Source of the DNA: Macrostomum lignano
Taxonomy: Eukaryota
Assembly: GCA_002269645.1 (NCBI GenBank)
Contig: NIVC01000356.1
Span: 558,001-622,000 of the forward strand
Direction of reading: 5' to 3'
Length of the DNA: 64,000 nucleotides
Shown: one piece after another, positions 13,190 through 23,324 of the stretch
Layout: each line of letters opens with the position of its first letter
How positions within the stretch are numbered: position 1 is the stretch's first letter
Notes under the pieces: model-generated
What the model was told of the DNA's origin: nothing
Databases searched by the model: none
What the model saw: only the letters and a program-made list of their open reading frames with translations
Made by a program: the position numbers and the translations under genes

Positions 13190-13495
13190 GATTAGCAATT
13201 TGGACTAGAAATATTATATTGATCCCAATGCCAAAATCCTATGATCTGAGCAAAAATTTTGATCCTAATTTTCCTTCTTAATCCGAAAAAATTATCTTAC
13301 CTAATCTTTTTATATATCCTTGTAATATAGTCAGTTGAGATCTATATAATATATAATATAATTTTGTGATACAAATAAAGTATGTTAGACCTGCAAACCA
13401 AATGCAAGGTATAGGCATAGCCATATAGGATTATAGGTAGGCAACAATGAAATATTTTTTCTATCACTAAAATCAAAGTTAATTGTTGCAAATAT

Positions 13496-13666
13496 CAGTG
13501 GTGGATCTAGGATTCCTAAAGTAGGGGATAGATTTGTCCAACTTTTTGGGTTGGCCCAAAAAAGTCTAAAATTGCTATACCCCCACCTTTCCCCCCTTAT
13601 ATGCAAGTTCAACCATGGCAAAAGAGGGGGCAGCTGCACCCCCACCCCCTTCTGGATCCGCCACTA
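13496..13666. mobile_element. hAT-like MITE, 171 bp
   Basis: Ends CAGTGGTGGATCTAG / CTGGATCCGCCACTA; 8-bp TSD GCAAATAT at 13488-13495 and 13667-13674. Confidence 0.85.
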
Positions 13667-15241
13667 GCAAATATATTTGTTGCCATGGCAGGCAAAAATT
13701 GAAAATGTACAAAACTAAAGTCATTATTGCCAAATAGCAAAAGAATTGTTGCTGCAACTTGTACTTGTACCCCACGCACAAATATGAAACTGTTGTGTTA
13801 ATTATAATTTCAGCTTTTTCAATGTTATTCACGTGCTGTCACTGTCTATGCCTGGTTGAAAAAGTGGCTGAAAGTTCAATGGAAATGGAAAGTGGGTGCA
13901 AATGCAAATTAACTTTTAAGTTTTAACACAGAAAGATTTAAGAATGGAAAATCGAATAGTAGGGTTTGGCATACAATTAATTTTAAAAAGGCTTTACCAA
14001 TACATAACTATGCAGCCTAGACCTAGCATAGAAGGGAGGGTAGTTATTATTTTACCGCCGTAGTAGTTACTACTGAATTTTAACTATCAGTATCACGGAA
14101 TTCAGTTAAAATTTGTTAAGTTCTCGGAAATTTTAGCTGTTTAAAATTTTATTAACTAATGTTGTTAGGTATAACAAATTGCTTGCATTAATTTCGCGCA
14201 TTGTTCTGGAAAGGTAAAGATAGTATATAAAAAGTCAATCTTACTTTTATTTATAATGTTTTTGTTTTGTGACGATCTCAAATCAACCCACTCATTTTTT
14301 ATTACATGCTTGCATGCAAGCACGGATGCACATGCATGAACCCAATATCGCAGAAGCACATTGATTGTCAACATGTAAAATAACGCATTTTTTTGACATT
14401 CTTAAAAATATTTATTTTCATCTGTACACGTCATAATCGCTGTACAGTTGTTGACGCGACCAAAAATCAAATCTCGATCGACTTATTCATTTAATATAAA
14501 TTTTATCAGCCTACATGTATATTATATCCCTAGGCTTTATTACCGACTGGCCCACCATGCAAAATTTATCCATTTTTTGGTTCGGGGCTGACCCCGATCC
14601 TGGACACCTTTCGGGAAACCCGAACACCCTGCGTGTCTTCATGTGTAGTACATGTAATATTTCTGGAATAGATTTCTGACGATTTTCTGATTCGTGTCCA
14701 ATTTTATGCATCAGCAAGAAGGTTGTGCAGGATATTCCAGAAGATCCGACGAGAAAGCGGTGACTAAGAGATCGAAGCTCTAGGTAATCCCGGTCGGACG
14801 CAGTGGCCGGATCTGGTTGCTGCACTGCTCTTCGAGAAGTAGGCCCTATGGCCCTGAGAGCGCATGAAGGACCCCCCAAGTTGACATCGTCCGATCTGTT
14901 TTCAGATGGTGTCACTCGACTCATTACCATATTTATGTTTAACCTTTGTATCAAAGTCTAAATTTAATTTCGCATTGGAAAACCGGCGCCTAACATGTAT
15001 ATTAGTATACATGTAATAATTTAGTATATAGGATTTTGTTCAAAGAAGAAAACTTTACTCATGACCAATTTATTGCAGATTTTCTAATTCCAGTTAAACC
15101 ACAACTCGAATACATTTTGCTGCCTCTAAATCTAACGTCAAAAAGCCTTTAGTCAAAATTATTACGATAGTAATTGTGAACGCTTCGCTAAAAAAAATCG
15201 CTAAAAAAAGCCCACAACCGTCATTTTATTATCGCTGTCGA

Positions 15242-16252
15242 TCACTGAACGAGGGCGAAGAAGTCGCGGATCTCCTGCTCCGTGAGGCTCCCGCTGGCGA
15301 AGGCCACCGCCCTCACGGTGCCCTTGAAGAACTGGTCAGCCGGTTGGTTCACTCGCTTACCCAGGTACAGGCAGAGGTTGCCGTTCTGCACGGAGCAAAA
15401 TTCGTTGTCATCGAACGGCCAAATCATGTTGGGCGGCAGGAAGGCGTTCATCACGAAGAACTTGTAGGAGCCACCGACTGTGGTGAAGCCAAGATTCAGC
15501 CACTCGTTCGGGTCGCCGGACAGCTGGTCGATGGCCGAGTACAAGTAGGGCAGCGGGCTGCCCGTGATCCGGTTGGCGCGGACGTACATCTTCCTGGGCG
15601 CGTTCCACTCGAGCATGTGGATGCCTTTCCATGAAACCATACTCGAGTCGTTGCAGGGAAAGAACTCCAAAATGGGCTGAGTCTGAGGCAGGCGCTTGAA
15701 TCTTATCAGCCAGGTGGCACCGGCAGAGAAGTTCAGGCTGGACTGGTTCAGCACGGCGTGGGACGAAAGACCGTCGAAAACGGCGCCCTCGCTGGACCAC
15801 TCAATATTGAATGGCATCAGCCTGTTGGCGTCCTCGAACGTCTGGCACACCAGGTTCTCCAATCGAGTCACGGGGTCGCCCAGCCACACATTGTTGAGCT
15901 TCTTGTTCAGCTGCACCAGGTCGATGGGAAACCTAAAGAACACCACACAGTCGGTTAGTTCTCCGGGCACAAGATTTTGACAGATGGACTGGTACTTGAA
16001 GACGGAGCAGGTGAGAGTGGCCTTGTTGAACTGCGCTACCAGAACACCAGTGTTGGCCTCCTCCGAGGCGATGATGGCGCAGTGAGTCTCCGAGTAGACG
16101 GTGAGGCGAGCGATGGCGGACGGGTTATCGTCCGGGGCGCAGAGCACATCGGCTTGCCGAAAAACCTGACCGCTGGTTTGAGCTTGGCACCTGGCCAGAG
16201 CCGCCAGGTTCACAGCAGTGACTGCCAGTAGCCACAGCCTGGCCGGAGGCAT
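15242..16252 (-). CDS. Intronless secreted protein, 336 aa: signal peptide + PAN/apple-like module + LamG/pentraxin-like jelly-roll
   Basis: Hydrophobic N-terminus (MPPARLWLLAVTAVNLAALARC); Cys-containing module ending FNKATLTCSVF; LamG3-like motifs AVFDGLSSHAVL, WLNLGFT and LYLGKR...FFKGTVRAVAFASGSLTEQEI; GC-rich codon usage within AT-rich flanks. Confidence 0.75.
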   Translation of the reverse strand: MPPARLWLLAVTAVNLAALARCQAQTSGQVFRQADVLCAPDDNPSAIARLTVYSETHCAIIASEEANTGVLVAQFNKATLTCSVFKYQSICQNLVPGELTDCVVFFRFPIDLVQLNKKLNNVWLGDPVTRLENLVCQTFEDANRLMPFNIEWSSEGAVFDGLSSHAVLNQSSLNFSAGATWLIRFKRLPQTQPILEFFPCNDSSMVSWKGIHMLEWNAPRKMYVRANRITGSPLPYLYSAIDQLSGDPNEWLNLGFTTVGGSYKFFVMNAFLPPNMIWPFDDNEFCSVQNGNLCLYLGKRVNQPADQFFKGTVRAVAFASGSLTEQEIRDFFALVQ

Positions 16253-16265
16253 GACTGTAAGGAGC

Positions 16266-16266
16266 G

Positions 16267-16310
<44 letters not shown>

Positions 16311-16328
16311 GGATAGATAGATAGATAG
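16266..16328. repeat. (GATA)n microsatellite just upstream of the secreted-protein ATG
   Basis: Direct. Confidence 0.95.
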
Positions 16329-16997
16329 TAACTTACCCCAATATGTGTCTTGTATGAGTTGTACGATCAGGAGATCAGTCTCTCAGATTCCGTGCGCGAT
16401 TGTCAGGCATTATAAATAGAGCCCGACAATTAGATAGAAGCAGCTATAGCTTTCTGCAATTCGTCGCTAAAGCAACCGAAAAGCAAACAAAAAGCTATTC
16501 TTTTAGAGGCATCTAACCCTGGTAAAAGCCTAGGCCTTCCTTTACCTTTTTAATTCAAGCTATTGCCCCCCCTTACAACGATCAACGAGTTAAAATCAAT
16601 TACGAAAAAAGGCGTTTAATGCCTTGAAGCATTGGGGTAGCTGTGAGAGGAATACGGAAATTTAATATTCCCCAGTTCGGAGACAGTTTAGATTTTTAAG
16701 AGTTGATCTTAACAAAAGATTCAAGGTTTCTAGGATCTTTCGACATACTAATATTTAAAGCTTCTATTTCGACGTATGTTGGCTCTTGCGCATCCAAGTC
16801 TTTCGGGAGCTCTTTTGAAGTCTTGAGGTTTGTTTAGGATATTTTTAGTTTTGCTTTGTATTATTATTATCATTCCCAAGAAGCCTGTGGATGCCCTGAA
16901 GCAACGCCTCTGGCGACATCGTCCCGCAATTCTGCCCATACCGCCGACAAACCATCAGAGCCAATTTTCAAAAACAAAGCCCGAAATGAATGCGGTC

Positions 16998-17070
16998 GGG
17001 CACCGCGGACTCGAACCAGGGGTCGTGGTCGGAAGTCGGACGTTTCTACCGCTGATCTGCTCTCGTCCCT
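16998..17070 (-). ncRNA. Degenerate tRNA-like / SINE head
   Basis: Minus strand has an A-box-like AGATCAGCGGTAG and a B-box GGTTCGAGTCC at tRNA-like spacing; the acceptor stem is imperfect. Confidence 0.4.
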
Positions 17071-18721
17071 TGCTCGATAGGAAATGGCACTTGAAATTCA
17101 GATATGATGTTTCTGAATTCGTAAAAATTACGGGGAGAAAATATAACTGTGTGATTATACATGTATGGCTCATTTTATTATGAGAAATTGAGCAACACAA
17201 AAGCTTTTCTAAAAAACGGCAAACTGTAATAATCCTTCTTCAACTAAAACGTTTATTGTCACGCAATCAGCCAGACTGAATTCAATAATTGATTCGCATC
17301 TCTTAAAGATGGTGAAATAATCAAAATCCATTTTTCCATTTTCTATTGGCTAATTTTCTCTATCCATTAAAAAATCAATTTAGCCATCTCCGCGGTCCCC
17401 CTTGGGGGGCGCAGACTGCTAGTCCGAAACGCTAAAATTAATTTATAAATCTATTGCTTTTTTAATTTCAAACGACAGAGAAGGCACACGTGTGCATGAT
17501 GATGCAGTTTATCTAACAAGCTTATCCAACTGTGACGTTGTCAGTTTTGAGTGGTCCCGCAAAAGGGCCGTTGGACTACAATTTCCCTACAATTTCTCAT
17601 TTAAATTTTCCAATCTCGTATTCTCGCGTTTACTTGTAGTAGCGCACAACGAATCTGTATCAATTGCTAAATCACTGCGTACTTTGTAATCTTTGCGTAC
17701 GTCTGTAGGGTCTTGCGCGATCAATAATTTCAGTTTCTTGTTTTTCTCTCGCCAGCCAATGAAAACTCTCCGCATATATTATGTTAACCCTTCTGCGCTC
17801 CTTTATTAACCCCCGCCTGGCGGCGGGCTGGGGGCTTCCTCACTTCGCGGCCCTTGCGGTGTCTGTCCTTTCCTTCCTTCTCTTTCTTGGCTGCCTCGTG
17901 CCTCCTTATCTCTCGCCACGGCTCCTTTGTCTGGGCCAGCCTGTTTACGCACTCTTACTCCACTGTGTACTGCCACGGGCTAACGCCCAATCTCGCCACT
18001 ACTTGTCTGCCTGTCTACTTGCTACTAGCTACTCGCTGTCTTCATTGTGCTCACCGCCATCACTTACCACGTTGCGTCGCCATTGCATCCTTCGTCAACT
18101 ACTCGACTTCATAATTCTAATCACATCAACTATTGTTGCAGCCGCCAGTGCCCCAGAACGCTATAAGTTTTGTATTGACATTATAACCAATTATAATATT
18201 GATCACGATAATAAATTAGCTTACGGCAGCCTCCTGCCTTTATACGCCAAGTGCTCCGCTACACAATCCGCTTCGCAAGAATTGACTTCACGATTCATTT
18301 TGAGACTACAACGACTTACCGACAATTCTCGTCAAAACGGCCCTTTTAAGGGTTAGTCACTACGCCAATAACGTGACACAACATTCAGCAGCATGTTCAA
18401 GCACGTCTCAGCTGTACATGTACGTGCATGGGTTGATGCAATTTTAGTCTGACTCCAGGCCCCAGTTTAGTCTGGTGAGGAAAGTGAAGAGTTATGGCTA
18501 GAGACTATTGGATTAAAGCTGAAACTTGTTGACTGCACTGCATGGTTTCTGGGTGAAAATTGTAACATGTTGCTGAGCATAGTTGCACCAAGGACTACTA
18601 AGGTCCTTATATAACGAAGTGTTCCTAGTGGCCTTGAGTCTCACGTACATGTAATCATATTTAAGCGTTGATCCAGGGTCGTCGTCACCACAGGGGGACA
18701 GGGGGGACACGCCCCACCCCC

Positions 18722-19725
18722 AGTAAAACAACAACAACAACAACAAAATACGCTGTCAGGTGGAAAAAAGCAGCCTCACAGCACACGCTTCAGAGCTTGA
18801 GCGCGAACAAAGGCCGCACCGCCGGCAGAGTCCGGGGCGCCAGCGTCGGCCAGCAGGCAGTCGACGAAACGCCGAGATCGGGCCTGCATGGCCGCGCCGG
18901 TAGGGTGCCTGCAGCGTTAAGCAGCAGCACCTCCTGCACCGGCTGCGGGCAGTAGGACTCGGCGCGGATGATGTGGCCTGCCAGCTGGAGTCGCCGAAGT
19001 CGCAGCAGTTCACTTGGACGGGCCAGGCCGGCGCGGCGATAGAGTACCGCGTTAGTGATCCGCTCGTCGCTGATCTTAAAGGCGGCGTTGGCGTTGCAGA
19101 TGGCGTTGTAGATAGCCATAATGGCGTTGTACTGTGCTACGAGAGCAGCTGTGATGACGCCGGACGGCTGTCGGACTCCTTCGAGACATCCTCCGGGGTG
19201 CTCCATGGGGACACTCTAGCGCCGTTCCTGTTCGTCCTGGTGCTTGACTGGGTGCTACGGACTGCTCTTCCTACCGACGAAGACGGCTTCCTACTGCGGC
19301 GACGCGTGGGTCGACGTCAACCGGAGAAACGTCTCAGCGTGCTTGGCTACGCTGATGACCTCGCCTTGCTGTCCTCGACCGTAGAGGGCGCCCAGTGCCA
19401 GCTGGACAAGCTGGTTAGCGCTGCAGCGAGCGTCGGCCTGGTGGTCAACATGAAGAAGACCGTTGTGCTCTGCGGGCCGGGCGACATCGAGGCCGCGATT
19501 TTCTGCCGAGGCGCTGACGGGCAGGTAACGGAGCTTCCGCGCTGTCAGCAGTTCGTCTACCTCGGCGGTCTGGTACCTGACGTCCGCGAAGATCTTCGGC
19601 GTCGCCGCGGGCTCGCTTGGGCTGCCTTCGCTCTGTGAGGGCGCTCCTGCATTCCGAGGCCCTGCCTGATCGCCAGAGGGCGGCGCTGTTCCAGGCGGTG
19701 GTCGAGACCGTTCTGTTGTACACAC
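18722..19725. mobile_element. 5'-truncated, internally inverted RTE-like non-LTR retrotransposon remnant
   Basis: + strand ~19110-19725 encodes RT motifs (GVLHGDTLAPFLF, LGYADDL, FVYLGG, ETVLLY) with two 1-bp deletions. Minus strand ~19090-18725 encodes the downstream C-terminus (AAFKISDERITN..RRLQLAGH) and a (TTG)n tail. Confidence 0.85.
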
Positions 19726-19764
19726 TCAAGGCAGGTACAGCTGTAGCACCCAAATGAGTGCACC

Positions 19765-20570
19765 AAAATGAGTGCCTGTGGTGCCAATGATAGAGTGCCT
19801 GTGATGCCAACGATCGAGTGCCTGTGGCCCCAATGATCAAGTGCCCGTGGCGCCGATCGAGTACGTGCCTGTGGCGCCAACGATCGAGTGCCTGTGGCGC
19901 CCATGATCGCGTGCCTGTGGTGCCAATGATCGATTGCCTGTGGCACCAATGATCGAGTGCCTGCGGAGCCAATGATCGAGTGCCTGCGGCACCGATCGAG
20001 TGTGCCTGTGGCGCCAATGATCAAGTGCCCGTGGCGCCGATCGAGTACGTGCCTGTGGCGCCAACGATCGAGTGCCTGTGGCGCCAATGATCAAGTGCCC
20101 GTGGCGCCGATCGAGTGCCTGTGGCGCCAATGATCGAGTGCCTGCGGAGCCAATGATCGAGTGCCTGCGGAGCCAATGATCGAGTGCCTGCGGCGCCAAC
20201 GATTGAGTGCCTGTGGCGCCAATGATCAAGTGCCCGTGGCGCCGATCGAGTACGTGCCTGTGGCGCCAACGATCGAGTGCCTGTGGCGCCAATGATCGCG
20301 TGCCTGTGGTGCCAATGATCGAGTGCCTGCAGAGCCAATGATCGAGTGCCTGCGGCGCCAACGATCGAGTGCCTGTGGCGCCAATGATCAAGTGCCCGTG
20401 GCGCCGATCGAGTACGTGCCTGTGGCGCCAACGATCGAGTGCCTGTGGCGCCAATGATCAAGTGCCCGTGGCGCCGATCGAGTACCTGCCTGTGGCGCCA
20501 ACGATCGAGTGCCTGTGGCGCCAATGATCGAGTGCCTGTGGCGCCAAGATTGAGTGCCTGCGGCGCTAAT
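19765..20570. repeat. ~23-bp minisatellite (GATCGAGTGCCTGTGGCGCCAAT) with variant units
   Basis: Direct periodicity. Confidence 0.9.
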
Positions 20571-22315
20571 AAAAAAGTGCTAAACATGAGCCCCGATACT
20601 CAAAATAGGATGAGTCTCAAAACATATATAGAAATTTAGTCATGTACATGTAAATTAGGCTTAAAATCGTTAAAATCGTTTTGCTAATATCGTTACATGC
20701 TAGAAACTAAAAAAAGGTTATGCATAAGGATAGCAGCCCACCACAGTTACATGTAAGTTCGGGCCCCTCGGAATGTGTTAATTATACAGAGAGTCGAAAC
20801 GTTATAATACAGAATTAACCGGATTATCAGTTCAGAACCGTCTGAAATTTAAAGCTGATTGCAAACAAAGTAAATTTGAACGTAACAGTTAGAATAAAAA
20901 ACAAAGCGTTGTTGAGTGACAACGCAAGCTTGCTATAACGAAAGAATATTTTCAAATAAAGCTTCTAAGAAAATCACGCTGATTTTCTCATTGCTAATTA
21001 CATTTACGAGCGTATATTTAATTAGGCTTAGGCATTCGTTCGATATAAATCTGTCAAAAAGTCTTTATTCCTTGATCACGAAATCAGAGCTAGGCCCCTA
21101 GCTATATTTAAAGTAACAATTTTCTGTAGAGTAATAAGTAGACCTACCTATCTTATTTATAGATGCTCATCATGGTCATGCTCTCTATGTGGCCTACTTA
21201 GCCCGCCTAGCCGCTAGCCCTACCCTAGGTTTAGGGGCCTGGCCTATGACTATGAATATGTATGTATGAGTGTATGAGCTATATGCCTATGACATGTATT
21301 GGTGGTATTCCTGGGCCTAATGCTAGGCCTAAATATATCATTGAACTAAAGCCTAAAGCTTTACTATTTCATTTGACTAATTTTCAAGGATAAGACATAT
21401 TTTTACTTAATGGGTTAAATACACAAGTAAATACACAGATTGTATTTAGGCATGAGGAAATAAAACTACAATATATTGAAACATAGTACAACAATATTTT
21501 TTATTTTTAAAGTGAGGTTAGTGAGTATGTTACAATAATATTAATTAAAATATACCATGCCCATGGCATAGGCATGGTATTTTTATTATTATTTTAGAGT
21601 AAAAATAAATAATTTTTGGCAGTTTTAATTGTTATGGTGACTATATAAATAACAAAATGGTTATTTTTATGGTTAACACATTTACACATACAACACTATC
21701 TGGGCCTATGGTCTTTACTTAATGTAACTAGGCCTATATAAATAGCAACTGTTATTTTTATAGTTACCATAGGTAAAAAGCAAAATGGCTATTTTTATGG
21801 TCATGTGTAAGAAATTTCAGTCAAATTACAATGTAATAGTTAACAATTACAAATTACCTAAAGTAGGCTACTAGGACAAAAACCACTAGAAGTTACCATC
21901 AAATTTATTAATAATATGTTTCTTTCTTTTTTTTAATTTAACCATCTTAGAATTTGCATAGCAAGTTTGTCACTTCATTTAGATAGTATTTGTTTTAAGT
22001 TTTGACTATAAAAATAACCATCTTGCTATTTATACTTATAGTTTGTAATATAATAATATACAAACTATATTGTATATAACTATAACTATAACTATATATA
22101 CTTTGAGATTAGGCTTATGGATATTATTCATAGAATAATAAGTTAATAATAAGTTAGAATAATAATTCTACTTAGCATAAGTCTATTAGATTGACTAGAA
22201 AAAGCTTAGTATATATTGGTATAAACTTTTGATTAGGCATTTTTGGTAACATGTTTTATTACTTTGCATAATCTTCATTATAGTTATACACTCAATGGTA
22301 TCCTATCAAGTAAAA

Positions 22316-22605
22316 ATGTACAACAGTGGGCCGAGTTGGCCTATCTAGCTGACTAATATGGTAGCCAACCAAGGTAAATCACAAAAATGCCCATCCAAAT
22401 AAATACCAAGTAGTACTAAGTAGATGATAAGGCATTTTGCCTTAATAAGACAGTCATAGTTACTCCTGCCATTTACTTAAAGTTGCATTAATTTTGCTTT
22501 AGGGCTTCTTTTACATTTAAGTCACATTTTGGCCAAAAACTATGTCGCATTTTTGCTAAAACTAAGTTGCACAGCTGACCGAATTTTGGAGGTTGCGCAT
22601 GTATG
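22316..22605 (-). mobile_element. Inverted, decayed copy of the 10564-10860 MITE
   Basis: Ends in GAATTTTGGAGGTTGCGCATGTATG, the reverse complement of the copy-1 left end; 28S-like core at 22415-22478. Confidence 0.8.
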
Positions 22606-23324
22606 TACTACCTAGACTATACTTAATACAAGCAACTAAAAATGCTATATAAACCAATATTAAAACCAAGCAAGAAACTTGCCTTTCCTTGCCTACTTGT
22701 TCACACTCTAGCTCACATAGCTTAGAAGTTGCTTTTGATTTGAACAGATAGTATTTCTACCTGACCTTATTACCAAACCTGATAAATTATCCTACTAAAT
22801 ATAAATTGACAACCAACCCCTTCCTTACAATAGGTTGAACCTTTGGTTCACCTTCACCCAAATAATTAGAACCTACCATAAACTCAAAGTAATTGAGCTT
22901 TTTTGGGACATGTCCCTTATATTTTATCCTTTATAAGACAACATCTCGAGATTGTGAACACCAAATACAACTATCAGTAAGTTAACATCAAGTGATTGCA
23001 TCATCAGAAAAAGTTAGTCAAATCCACTATCTCAGTTAGATGGCTCTCACATTGGTAACCAATTTTGCAAACGAATTTCTTAAAAACGATGTGTATATAA
23101 AAGCATATATATTATATTAATTGATATTCTGAACTCATATCAAACTTTATTTTTATGTATTATTGAACTCAATAAATAAATTAAATTAAATACCTAACTA
23201 AACTAAGCACTATCTAGTTCTGTTTTGATGTCTGTTTTGTTGATATAAACTAACATCTACATTAATTTTGGGCAGTGAATACAGCACTATTGCCACTGAT
23301 TTTTTTCTAGCATTCAAAACATAA

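Noticed and set aside
14511-14954. 147-aa ORF
   Set aside because: Non-ATG start, no motifs, AT-rich repeat-like context.
17550-18356. piggyBac-like element (TTAACCCTT..AAGGGTTAG; 12-bp inverted AAAAGGGCCGTT) and the 191-aa ORF
   Set aside because: The termini match over only ~5 bp with an imperfect TTAA, the boundaries conflict, and the ORF has no recognisable motifs.
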